Source: Bdellovibrionales bacterium (GTDB lineage Bacteria; Bdellovibrionota; Bdellovibrionia; Bdellovibrionales; UBA1609). Taken from it: a DNA stretch of 32,000 nt. Shown piece by piece: positions 9,896 to 18,393 of the stretch (positions are counted from its first letter, which is position 1; each line of letters opens with the position of its first letter). The notes under the pieces were generated by a model. The model searched no databases, had not been told where the DNA came from, and worked only from the letters and a program-made list of their open reading frames with translations. Position numbers and translations under genes: made by a program. The DNA lies in assembly GCA_965247685.1 (NCBI GenBank), contig OZ252021.1:1200001-1232000 (forward strand), written 5' to 3'.

Positions 9896-9959
9896 GAAGG
9901 TGTTTATCTCCGGATAACTGTTGATATGGATTAGATAATATGAAGAGGAATTTATAAAT

Positions 9960-10403
9960 ATGAAAAAACATTTTTTAATGAACCAAAAAGGCTTTTCTTT
10001 AATTGAAATCATGATTGCTGTTATCATTCTAGCTTCAATGGCCACTGTTGTGGTTTCTAATGTCGCCAGTCAGCATAAAAAGGCTCAAGTATCTCAAACT
10101 AAAATTTTATTATCTCAAGTTTCTAATTCCCTAGAGATGTTTTATAGAGACTGTTCCTTTTACCCCACTGCAGATGAAGGGTTAGATGCCTTGTTGGATC
10201 CTGTAGACCGATGCCCCAGCTGGGGACCTGAACCTTATTTAACAAGAGGCTATCCTAAAGACCCTTGGAGCAATGAATTAGTTTATGAATATGATGAAAC
10301 TTCTGGTTTGTATGAGATCTTTAGTTTAGGCAGTGATAAAAAAGAAGGTGGAGAAGGTTATGCTACAGACTTATCATCTCGAGATGATCAAAATTCTCAA
10401 TAA
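9960..10403 (+). CDS. gspG: T2SS major pseudopilin GspG
   Basis: 147 aa. The prepilin motif is KG|FSLIEIMIAV with Glu at +5. The conserved C-terminal part is DPWSNELVYEYD...FSLGSDKKEGGEGYATDLSS (GspG Ca-loop-like). Confidence 0.93.
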   Translation: MKKHFLMNQKGFSLIEIMIAVIILASMATVVVSNVASQHKKAQVSQTKILLSQVSNSLEMFYRDCSFYPTADEGLDALLDPVDRCPSWGPEPYLTRGYPKDPWSNELVYEYDETSGLYEIFSLGSDKKEGGEGYATDLSSRDDQNSQ

Positions 10404-10965
10404 TTATTCTTATTTCAAACATAATTTAACCCACATTCAAAGACGTGGATTCAGTTTAATAGAAATACTTATTGCAGTCGCTATTTTCGCATCTTCTATA
10501 ATGTTTATTATTCCGTGGGTTCAAAAATCTGAAAATGAAATCAAAAAAAAATTAAGAACACTTCAAGCCATCAACAAATCTTTGTACAGTTATTCTCGTA
10601 TTCATAACAAGGCTTACCGTTTAGTATTACATACAGCAGACAATCAGTCTTCTTTTTGGATTGAGAGTGAACAGCCTTTGATTTGGGATACTCCTGAAGA
10701 GCTGTCTTCTGTTAAAACCTCAGATCAAAAAGATGTATCTAGTTTATTCAAAAAAGATAAAGAGCTTTCCGAGGAGATCCTTTTGCCCAAAAATATTTAT
10801 TTTGATTGGCCTGATCTAGAAGGCGAAAAACTCTACATACTCTATCATTCCCAATCCTTATCCCCTTCCATGACAGTCACAATCAGAAACTCTTCCCGCG
10901 ACCTATGGACACTTAATTTCAAACCTATTGTGGGCGAATTGAACATCCAACCTATAACAAAATAA
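10384..10965 (+). CDS. gspH: T2SS minor pseudopilin, GspH position
   Basis: The prepilin motif is RRG|FSLIEILIAVAIF with Glu +5. I trimmed the start from the track ORF (10333) to the ATG at 10384, the last ATG before the motif; it overlaps gspG by 20 nt. The identity as H rests on gene order. Confidence 0.7.
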   Translation: MIKILNNYSYFKHNLTHIQRRGFSLIEILIAVAIFASSIMFIIPWVQKSENEIKKKLRTLQAINKSLYSYSRIHNKAYRLVLHTADNQSSFWIESEQPLIWDTPEELSSVKTSDQKDVSSLFKKDKELSEEILLPKNIYFDWPDLEGEKLYILYHSQSLSPSMTVTIRNSSRDLWTLNFKPIVGELNIQPITK

Positions 10966-10970
10966 ACATC

Positions 10971-11513
10971 ATGATGGTACGAGATCTTTATTCTACAAAT
11001 AGTAAAATGCTTTCCAAAGGACTTTCTTTTATTGAAGTTCTTTACTCCATTGTTCTTATGGTTGGAATTATGGTTCTCATTTCTCAATTTTTCTCACAAT
11101 CCACTCAACACCTTAATCGCTCTAAAAGATACTACTTTATCACTCAACTTCTTGAACAAAAAATAACTGAAATAGAACTGGATTATATGAAAGAAGGCCT
11201 CTCCGCTCTAGAAGAAGTAGAGCGAGAAGAGTTTGAAAATGTCTCTCACTATTCATGGAGCCTCAAAACTTCTACGATGCCGGATGTTTCTTTGATTCAG
11301 CCTGATGTTCTAGGTTTTGAAAAAGGTAGCAACATCACTCAAATTTTAGACAATATTGCAAAAAAAACTTCTGAGTTGGTCACAGAAGTTCATTTGACTG
11401 TACATTACAAGAAATTCGATCAAGAAGCATCCTACTCCGTGACCACTTACTTTGTTGATTTCAAAAAAGGTACAAGTGAAAGTTTTCTATTAAGTTTACT
11501 TCCTCAATTATAG
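10971..11513 (+). CDS. gspI: T2SS minor pseudopilin, GspI position
   Basis: The prepilin motif is KG|LSFIEVLYSIVLMV with Glu +5. An alternative start at 11007 (MLSKG) would give a short leader. The identity as I rests on gene order. Confidence 0.65.
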   Translation: MMVRDLYSTNSKMLSKGLSFIEVLYSIVLMVGIMVLISQFFSQSTQHLNRSKRYYFITQLLEQKITEIELDYMKEGLSALEEVEREEFENVSHYSWSLKTSTMPDVSLIQPDVLGFEKGSNITQILDNIAKKTSELVTEVHLTVHYKKFDQEASYSVTTYFVDFKKGTSESFLLSLLPQL

Positions 11514-12332
11514 GTGATGGCAATGGTATACAAAAGTTCTAAAGGTTTTTCTCTGATTGAAGTCCTTATCAGTTTAGTGCTCTTTACTTCCCTTTCACTA
11601 TCCATGATGAATGTGTTTAATCAAACTATTCGATCCGAAAAACAAATAGAAAAATTTATACGATCTAATCGGGCAATACAAAATATTACTTCTGCAATCA
11701 AAAAAGATCTTCAAACTATTATTTATATTTTGCCTTCTAATATTTTACAAAGATCCTACCAACATTACAAACTGAGTCTCCAAGACAGTTACGAAGGAGA
11801 TTATATGACAGATTATTTTCCAGAAAACAATAAACCCTTTATTCGAAAATCGGTTTATCCTAAAATGGGATTTGAAGGAGATGAAAATTCTTTCTACTTT
11901 ACTTCTCCTCTTTCCACAGATGCAGCTTTTTCTACTGTGAGAGTGGCTTATGTTATAGAGCCTTGCCCTAACGAAGGAACAATTAGATGCTTGATGCGTA
12001 AGACAGCTCCACTTGATCAAAAACTCTCATCAGAATGGAATAATTCTGAATTTGAAAAAAAACAAGTGCTACTTAAAAATGTGGAAACTTTTCAAATCGA
12101 ATATTTTAATCAAGAGGAATGGCTATCTGAGTTTCGAATACCTATAAGAAGAGGTCTTTTTTTTCCTTTACCTTTACCGTCCGCTTTAAGAATTGTTGTC
12201 AAATTCGAAGATCAAAACATGGATTTTTATGTTCCTTTTTACTCCACTCTTTTATCAAATAAAATCACATCTCCTTCACTTTTAAACATAAACCGCAACT
12301 CCCCCTCAGCAGATGAGGAGCCAGCACCATGA
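11514..12332 (+). CDS. gspJ: T2SS minor pseudopilin, GspJ position
   Basis: The prepilin motif is KG|FSLIEVLISLVLF with Glu +5. The start is GTG at 11514 or ATG at 11517/11523. At 272 aa it is longer than typical GspJ. Confidence 0.65.
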   Translation: MMAMVYKSSKGFSLIEVLISLVLFTSLSLSMMNVFNQTIRSEKQIEKFIRSNRAIQNITSAIKKDLQTIIYILPSNILQRSYQHYKLSLQDSYEGDYMTDYFPENNKPFIRKSVYPKMGFEGDENSFYFTSPLSTDAAFSTVRVAYVIEPCPNEGTIRCLMRKTAPLDQKLSSEWNNSEFEKKQVLLKNVETFQIEYFNQEEWLSEFRIPIRRGLFFPLPLPSALRIVVKFEDQNMDFYVPFYSTLLSNKITSPSLLNINRNSPSADEEPAP

Positions 12333-13531
12333 TTAAAAAAAGAGGAATGGTTCTGATGATCACTTTAACGACTATCACACTATTGGTGGTGATTCTTCAA
12401 CAGGTTGCCTTTGATAGTAAAATTGAGTTTGAAAACGGAGTCACTCATTACCACTCCTTGAAAGCCTATCATGCTTCTAAATCAGGCATAGAATTAGCTT
12501 TATTTAAAGTTCTTATCTATAAGAAAATCATCAATTATTTGAAAAACAGATCTGAAGACCGAAACCTTGCACCATTTATACAACAGTACGAGCAATACAC
12601 TCATTGGATATGGAATCAGCCTTTAGTTTGGCCTCCTGTTATTTCTCCTGATGCCTCAGAGACACTAAAGTCAGAACTTCAAGATAAAATGTCAGAATCT
12701 TTATTTCAGACATCTTATGAAACAAAGGTGGAAGCAGAGGTGGCTAAATTGAATTTGATGGATATGGTCTCCCCATCCAGTGAAAAAGTACGTCAATGGG
12801 CTAAGGATGTCTTTTATAGTTTGATGATCAATATTCGAGAAAAGAGCCGATGGTTTCAAGATAATTATTCAATCAATGAAATTCGAAAACTTATAGATGA
12901 AGTGGAAAAAATGCTCAATCCTTCTATATGGAATACCACTACGCAGACCTATTCTATTTACCAATTGAACGATTTAAAACATATAGAAAACATCCACCCA
13001 GAATGGATAGAGTGGGTCCGCCCCTACGTCACTCTTTATAGTGCAGGAGGTTTGAATATTCAATGGAGCGACCCTTTGATCTTGCAATCTCTTCACGAGT
13101 CGATCACTTATGAAAAAGCTAAAAAAATGGTCGATCAAAAAATAGAAGATAATATGTACCTTTCAAATTTTAATAAGGTAAAATCTTTTTTTGCTCAAAA
13201 TGATCTAGAGTCTGCTATAACCTCTTATGAAGATGAAGAAATTCTTCTTAAAGACTTGGTTCTTCACTTTGATCCTCCTCAAATATTTAAAATAACCAGC
13301 ATAGGAACTTCTGGAAATATTTCTCATAAAACAGAAGTTATACTTTATGACTCACAGCATATATTTAACAAAACCTATGAAATAATGGATTATTTAAAAG
13401 AAAAAACAAAATATGAGAGACCTACTCGTGAAGAACATCCTATCCGATTTAGAAATAACGCAATACAACGAGACAGACCTCTTCCTCTACAGACTTCCCC
13501 TTTTATTATTCATTGGAAAGACATAAACTAA
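12329..13531 (+). CDS. gspK: T2SS minor pseudopilin GspK
   Basis: The N-terminus is KKRG|MVLMITLTTITLLVV and lacks Glu at +5, as is characteristic of GspK. A GspK-like segment follows (KAYHASKSGIELALFKVL). It overlaps gspJ in an ATGA arrangement. Length is 400 aa. Confidence 0.7.
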   Translation: MIKKRGMVLMITLTTITLLVVILQQVAFDSKIEFENGVTHYHSLKAYHASKSGIELALFKVLIYKKIINYLKNRSEDRNLAPFIQQYEQYTHWIWNQPLVWPPVISPDASETLKSELQDKMSESLFQTSYETKVEAEVAKLNLMDMVSPSSEKVRQWAKDVFYSLMINIREKSRWFQDNYSINEIRKLIDEVEKMLNPSIWNTTTQTYSIYQLNDLKHIENIHPEWIEWVRPYVTLYSAGGLNIQWSDPLILQSLHESITYEKAKKMVDQKIEDNMYLSNFNKVKSFFAQNDLESAITSYEDEEILLKDLVLHFDPPQIFKITSIGTSGNISHKTEVILYDSQHIFNKTYEIMDYLKEKTKYERPTREEHPIRFRNNAIQRDRPLPLQTSPFIIHWKDIN

Positions 13532-13537
13532 AAGCCT

Positions 13538-15280
13538 ATGCAATTTACAATTGGTATACACATTCAACCTTATTGTCTTCATACGGTACTTGTTCAAAAT
13601 ACCCAGCCCCCTGTTGTGCTGGAATCTCACACCTATCCTCTGTCTTTGGACAATAATGAAGAACAAAGAAAAGCTCAATTCTCTGATCATCTAAAAGATA
13701 TATTGAAAAAATATCCTCCTCATAACCACCATTTTTCTTTTACTGTTCCCCATAAGCACACTTCTGTTCATGATGTTCAATTTCCATTTAAAGAAAGATT
13801 TAAAATCCAAAAAGCTCTCCCTTTTAAAATTGAAGATCTTATCCCTTTTTCAATAGAAGAAATGATTTATACTTATAAAATATCAGGATATTGTAAACAG
13901 CAAAGTCATGTTTTGAGTTTTATCGCTCCTCAAAAAGAAATTTCTGAGTTTATAGAATGGATTCAATCCTTAGGTTTTCAGTCCTACACTCTGACTCCTG
14001 AAATTGCTGCTCTTTCTAATTTATTTGAAGACTGGAAGGCTGCACCTCCTGAAATAGAATCTTTATCCAGCCCCAAAAAAATAAAACTCTATCTTTCTTA
14101 TAACCAATCCATGGCACTGATTCTTTGTCAAAATAGAGTGATTTCTGTTTACAACCTTAACTGGGGTTTCCATTCTTGTATCCAAGATATTGCTCACAAA
14201 TATAGAAGAGATATGAATCAGGCTCTGGATTATTTTTTTGAAAATGCAACCCTCACTCATGAGGATATGAGCACCACTGTACCTATTTCTCAAATTGTAA
14301 AAAGTTCTTTTAAATCCTTAGCACAGCAGTTGCATTTGCTTCTGATTTATCTCAAAGGTCAAAATCAAAGTGATATAGAAGAAATTACCTTATGTGGTCC
14401 AGGTAACTCTATACAAAACTTGTCTTATCATTTGTACGAGCATATTAAAATCCCTGTGCATAAAATGGAAGAGCATAAAGACACTGTTACATCCACCCAC
14501 CTCATAGCTTTTGGAACAGCTTTAGAATCTTTTAAAAAATCTAAAAATCCTGCCGTGAATTTTGCTCAATCGGTTCTTTCTACAAAAAGAGAAAATCAAC
14601 TCAATAAAAAAAGAATTCAAATTTTTAAACGAGTCAGCCTCGCTCTACTTTGCTTCTTTGCCTATATCGTAGTTCGAAATTGGCAAATTGTGAACATCAA
14701 CGATAAAATTAGTGGTGTTTTTGGTCATTACTCCCGCAGTGTTGCAGGTTTAAAAACTCGCAACATTTCTATTTCCAATGTGAAAAAATTTTTAAATCGA
14801 AGAAAGAAAATTCAAACTCAAAGTCATTTATTTCAATCTTTAACTCATTTTCCATCAGCTGTTGATCAATTAAAAAAACTAAGCTTTTCATTTGATCAAT
14901 TAGAGCTTTGGCAAATTATAGTATCCCAGATGGATATCAACGGAAGTCATATCCATATTCAAGGAGCAATTTTGAAACCTTATTTCTCTCAACTCAAAGC
15001 TCATCTCAGTTCTCAAGCCCAAAGTAACACCTTTGAAGAAAAAAAAATAAATACAAAAATCATTGATCAATTAAGCTCTGCAAAACCTCTTATGAAGACT
15101 GATGAAGAAATCTTTGAAGAAAATCAAGAGGATTTTTCAACAGCTCAAATTCCTCACCTAGATAACCTTTCCACTCCCTCTTCCCAAAAAGAACTCATTT
15201 CAAAGAATAAAAACTCTACTCAAGATGTGACAACTCCCAAAGAATGGGAGCCTTTTAACTTTACATTTAAAATGAAGTAA
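13538..15280 (+). CDS. gspL: T2SS assembly-platform protein GspL-like (cytoplasmic actin-like domain + TM + periplasmic domain with low-complexity tail)
   Basis: 580 aa at the position after gspK. It has a GspL-like segment (ALPFKIEDLIPFSIEEMIYTY; compare the family pattern ALPyaLEEqL..d.e.lH). A single TM helix lies near residues 365-382 (VSLALLCFFAYIVV), followed by about 200 periplasmic residues. Confidence 0.6.
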   Translation: MQFTIGIHIQPYCLHTVLVQNTQPPVVLESHTYPLSLDNNEEQRKAQFSDHLKDILKKYPPHNHHFSFTVPHKHTSVHDVQFPFKERFKIQKALPFKIEDLIPFSIEEMIYTYKISGYCKQQSHVLSFIAPQKEISEFIEWIQSLGFQSYTLTPEIAALSNLFEDWKAAPPEIESLSSPKKIKLYLSYNQSMALILCQNRVISVYNLNWGFHSCIQDIAHKYRRDMNQALDYFFENATLTHEDMSTTVPISQIVKSSFKSLAQQLHLLLIYLKGQNQSDIEEITLCGPGNSIQNLSYHLYEHIKIPVHKMEEHKDTVTSTHLIAFGTALESFKKSKNPAVNFAQSVLSTKRENQLNKKRIQIFKRVSLALLCFFAYIVVRNWQIVNINDKISGVFGHYSRSVAGLKTRNISISNVKKFLNRRKKIQTQSHLFQSLTHFPSAVDQLKKLSFSFDQLELWQIIVSQMDINGSHIHIQGAILKPYFSQLKAHLSSQAQSNTFEEKKINTKIIDQLSSAKPLMKTDEEIFEENQEDFSTAQIPHLDNLSTPSSQKELISKNKNSTQDVTTPKEWEPFNFTFKMK

Positions 15281-15291
15281 AGGTGTAAAAC

Positions 15292-15915
15292 ATGGAATCG
15301 ATCAAAAACTTTTTAAAACGAGCGTATGAAATCTTGTATTACAAAATAGAAGATAGTGTTTTCTATAACATTTTAGTAGAAAAATATGAAAACTTAGATT
15401 TGCATTATCAAAAATGGATACATAAAGGATTTTTAATTTTTGGCGGATTAATGATCATCCTCATTCCTCTTTCTTTCTTTTTTGCTTCAATTCAAAAAAC
15501 TGAAGAATTTCAATTCAAAAAAACATTGGTGAATCAAATGATTCAAACTCCTTCCTCAGTCCGTGAAATCTCCCCACTCAACGCTGTTCAATGGAACGAG
15601 AAAATCAATCAAGTAATCAGCCAGTTGTCTTTATCGAATGATCAAAATGTAAAAATTTCTCCCCATCGTCCTTCTTTATCTCAAATACCTAAGTCTTTAA
15701 AAGATCTCACCCATATTGGCAAAAAAATTCAAATTGAAGGTCTCAATATCCAAGAGGTTGTAGACATTGGATACGCCTTAGATCAAATGGACTCTTCTGT
15801 AAAACTCATTCAGCTTCAAGTGCAACAAACTCCTTTACTGACACATTACTTTAAAGCTACTTATTTTGTATTTCTCTTTTTTAACCCTGATTCACGAAAC
15901 TCCTTCAACAAATAA
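15292..15915 (+). CDS. Bitopic membrane protein at the GspM position (putative GspM-like)
   Basis: 207 aa with one TM helix (GFLIFGGLMIILIPLSFFFASI). An AAGGTG RBS is present and the gap after gspL is 11 nt. The assignment rests on position and topology only; I recognise no diagnostic motif. Confidence 0.45.
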   Translation: MESIKNFLKRAYEILYYKIEDSVFYNILVEKYENLDLHYQKWIHKGFLIFGGLMIILIPLSFFFASIQKTEEFQFKKTLVNQMIQTPSSVREISPLNAVQWNEKINQVISQLSLSNDQNVKISPHRPSLSQIPKSLKDLTHIGKKIQIEGLNIQEVVDIGYALDQMDSSVKLIQLQVQQTPLLTHYFKATYFVFLFFNPDSRNSFNK

Positions 15916-15926
15916 AGAGCAGCTCT

Positions 15927-16883
15927 ATGAATAAATTATCTTTAAAAAAAATAATTTTGCTGTTGCCTAGTAAAAAGTATCTGTTTACTTTACTCGTAGT
16001 TTTTTTGTTATTTTTGATCATTTTATTCCCTTATAACGATGCTGTTCAAAAAATTCTTTATAGAATTTCTCAAAGCAACTTGCCCGTTCAAATACTTTAT
16101 AACTCTCATCATTTTGGATTTTTTCCCCTTCAATTGTCTTTTCAAGGTGTCAGAATGTTTGCACCTCAACTCTCTCAGCCTATCAGGATTGAAAAACTTG
16201 TCATTAAACCTTATTATTGGAGTCTTCTCTCTCTGAGAACTGGAATAAAACTCCAGCTGCATACTAAAAATTCTCAATTAAACTTTTTACTAAACAAAAC
16301 TTACACTAAAGATAAAGGAACGAAACCTATTCATATTCGTGTTCAATCTCAAAATCTAACACTCGAAACATTGAATATTATTTCTCCTTTTTTCAATCAA
16401 TCTCAAGGAGTTATGGAAATATTTGCAGATTTAACATTAGATTTAAATTCCACCAAAAGCCCTGAGGGATTCATTCAAGTGAGAGCTCGTAATGTGGAAT
16501 TGCAACCTTATTCTTTTTCTGCAAAGTATATAGGTACAATTACAACTCCCTTTTTGCAGTGGAAAACTATCGATGGCAAATTCCAATTTAAAAAAGGAGA
16601 TTTCTTTATAGATTCCCTCAATATGGGACCTCATACTGCTCCTTTATCCCTTCAGGCAAATGGCGTGGTTCGACTTCATTGGAGCCCCCTATCACGAAGA
16701 CTGAAAAGTTACGACACAGAGTTGAAAATGATTATGAATGAGAAAATAAAAAATCAATTCTTCTTTGTAGAGCTCTTTTTGGTGAGTGTGGAAAAGAAAT
16801 TAGACAACCATCGATATCAATATAACGCTAGAATTTCAGGTCAATACCCTAAACCCCCTAAGATTCAAAAACTAAGAGAATAA
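15927..16883 (+). CDS. Bitopic membrane protein at the GspN position (putative GspN-like)
   Basis: 318 aa with an N-terminal TM helix (YLFTLLVVFLLFLIILFPY). It is the last gene of the packed cluster, after an 11-nt gap. The assignment rests on position and topology only. Confidence 0.4.
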   Translation: MNKLSLKKIILLLPSKKYLFTLLVVFLLFLIILFPYNDAVQKILYRISQSNLPVQILYNSHHFGFFPLQLSFQGVRMFAPQLSQPIRIEKLVIKPYYWSLLSLRTGIKLQLHTKNSQLNFLLNKTYTKDKGTKPIHIRVQSQNLTLETLNIISPFFNQSQGVMEIFADLTLDLNSTKSPEGFIQVRARNVELQPYSFSAKYIGTITTPFLQWKTIDGKFQFKKGDFFIDSLNMGPHTAPLSLQANGVVRLHWSPLSRRLKSYDTELKMIMNEKIKNQFFFVELFLVSVEKKLDNHRYQYNARISGQYPKPPKIQKLRE

Positions 16884-16986
16884 AAATAATACTCTAAAAG
16901 TAAAATAGCCATGAATAAGAGTGTTTTTTGTTGACTCTTACCAGCAAAAGTTTTACTTCCTTTGTACTGTTATAAAAGGAGGCTTT

Positions 16987-17415
16987 ATGTCGGGTATTAA
17001 TAGGGTAACTTTAATTGGACGCTTAGGGGCAGATCCTGAAAAAAAACAAACATCTACGGGGCAAACTGTCACTCGATTAAATCTTGCAACGAGTGAAAGT
17101 TGGACAAATAGAGAAGGTGACAGACAAGAAAAAACAGAATGGCATCGAGTGGTTGTCTGGGGAAAACTTGCAGAAAATTGTGCACAGCATCTATCGAAAG
17201 GCCGCCAAATCTATGTGGATGGTCGTTTACAAACCCGATCATGGGAAACTGAAAAAGGAGATAAAAAGTTTTCTACCGAGGTTGTAGCAAATCAAGTTTT
17301 GTTCTTGGGTTCAGGATCTTCAAAAAATACAGAAACCAAAAGCAAGAAAAGCCGTACTCCACAGTATCCTACTGAAGAAAGTTTTGACACTAAAGAAAGC
17401 GAGTTGCCTTTCTAG
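16987..17415 (+). CDS. ssb: Single-stranded DNA-binding protein
   Basis: OB-fold N-terminus [18 protein letters not shown]...[14 protein letters not shown]...[16 protein letters not shown], then a disordered tail ending in an acidic/aromatic tip (ESELPF). I trimmed the start from the track ORF (16921) to the ATG at 16987, which is preceded by AAGGAGG (16976-16982). Confidence 0.95.
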   Translation: MSGINRVTLIGRLGADPEKKQTSTGQTVTRLNLATSESWTNREGDRQEKTEWHRVVVWGKLAENCAQHLSKGRQIYVDGRLQTRSWETEKGDKKFSTEVVANQVLFLGSGSSKNTETKSKKSRTPQYPTEESFDTKESELPF

Positions 17416-17456
17416 CAAAAAAACTATTGATATTTCGATCATAAATAAGATTAAAT

Positions 17457-18374
17457 ATGAGTATGTGTATGTTAAGTCTTGCTCGCCTACGGAACATCTT
17501 ATTATTCTCGATAGTGGTCGTTCCATTGTGGAGTCATTCTGCAATCATTGTTAAAATCAAGAAGAATAAATCTTTCGTACACCTTGAAGGTGAAGAAGCT
17601 TTACCTGGAGATTTTTATCAAGCTTTAGATCTTTATGGTAAACCCCGTGGGATTCTTCGGATCAGTAAAGTTCGGAATGGGAAAGCTATTGCGATAATCA
17701 CTCAAGGAAGAGCTGATATCAATTGGATCTTAGAAAAAACAGAAAATCCAATACTTGCTTCATCCTCAAATTACTCAAATACATCTTTTCCAAAAAATAA
17801 TATTGGTTTTTTAACTGGAGGCTATACCCATATCGGGAGCAAAGAGAGAGAACAAATCATTATCAAAGGCTTAGGAGGAACAGCTTCTGTCCTTCTGGAA
17901 CGTTTTCACTCGCCTCATTTTTCTTCTCAATTGCTCCTAGGTCTTTCTTATTCTCAGTTGAATCAAAACTGTAGAGACAATGCGAGGAAATGTAATACGA
18001 GTGCAAGTAGTTTAAATATGCTGTCGCTTCCAAATATTCTGGCAACATTCTTTTTTCATATAAATATTTCCGATAATGTTAAAGCTTTTTTAGGAGCAGG
18101 GGCAGGAGTATCTATCTGGCACAATGTGAACAATGATTTGGATATTATCACAAGGAATAATTTTAAAAAACTTCAACCTTCTGGTCATCTCACTTTAGGT
18201 TTCAATATCGCTCTTAGTCAGCCTCAAGTTCGTATTCCTATATCTATCACCTATTCAGAAGTTCAAGCTTTTGCAGAACAATACCAAAAACTCGTGAGAG
18301 GGAATCCTCTTTCACAAGACCACGTTAATTTAGGTCATTTTTCTTTGCAAATAGGTATTGCGAAAGACTTTTAA
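17457..18374 (+). CDS. Exported protein, putative outer-membrane beta-barrel with N-terminal soluble domain
   Basis: 305 aa with a signal-peptide-like N-terminus (..LLFSIVVVPLWSHSA). The C-terminal half has alternating hydrophobic strands and the protein ends ..LQIGIAKDF (terminal Phe, typical of OMPs). No family recognised. Confidence 0.5.
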   Translation: MSMCMLSLARLRNILLFSIVVVPLWSHSAIIVKIKKNKSFVHLEGEEALPGDFYQALDLYGKPRGILRISKVRNGKAIAIITQGRADINWILEKTENPILASSSNYSNTSFPKNNIGFLTGGYTHIGSKEREQIIIKGLGGTASVLLERFHSPHFSSQLLLGLSYSQLNQNCRDNARKCNTSASSLNMLSLPNILATFFFHINISDNVKAFLGAGAGVSIWHNVNNDLDIITRNNFKKLQPSGHLTLGFNIALSQPQVRIPISITYSEVQAFAEQYQKLVRGNPLSQDHVNLGHFSLQIGIAKDF

Positions 18375-18393
18375 AAAACATAAACCTATAGGC

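Noticed and set aside
10333-18393. Longer N-terminal extensions offered by the ORF track for gspH (10333), ssb (16921) and radA (18358).
   Set aside because: The extensions add non-homologous residues ahead of well-conserved N-termini (prepilin leader, [28 protein letters not shown]). For ssb the internal ATG has an AAGGAGG RBS.
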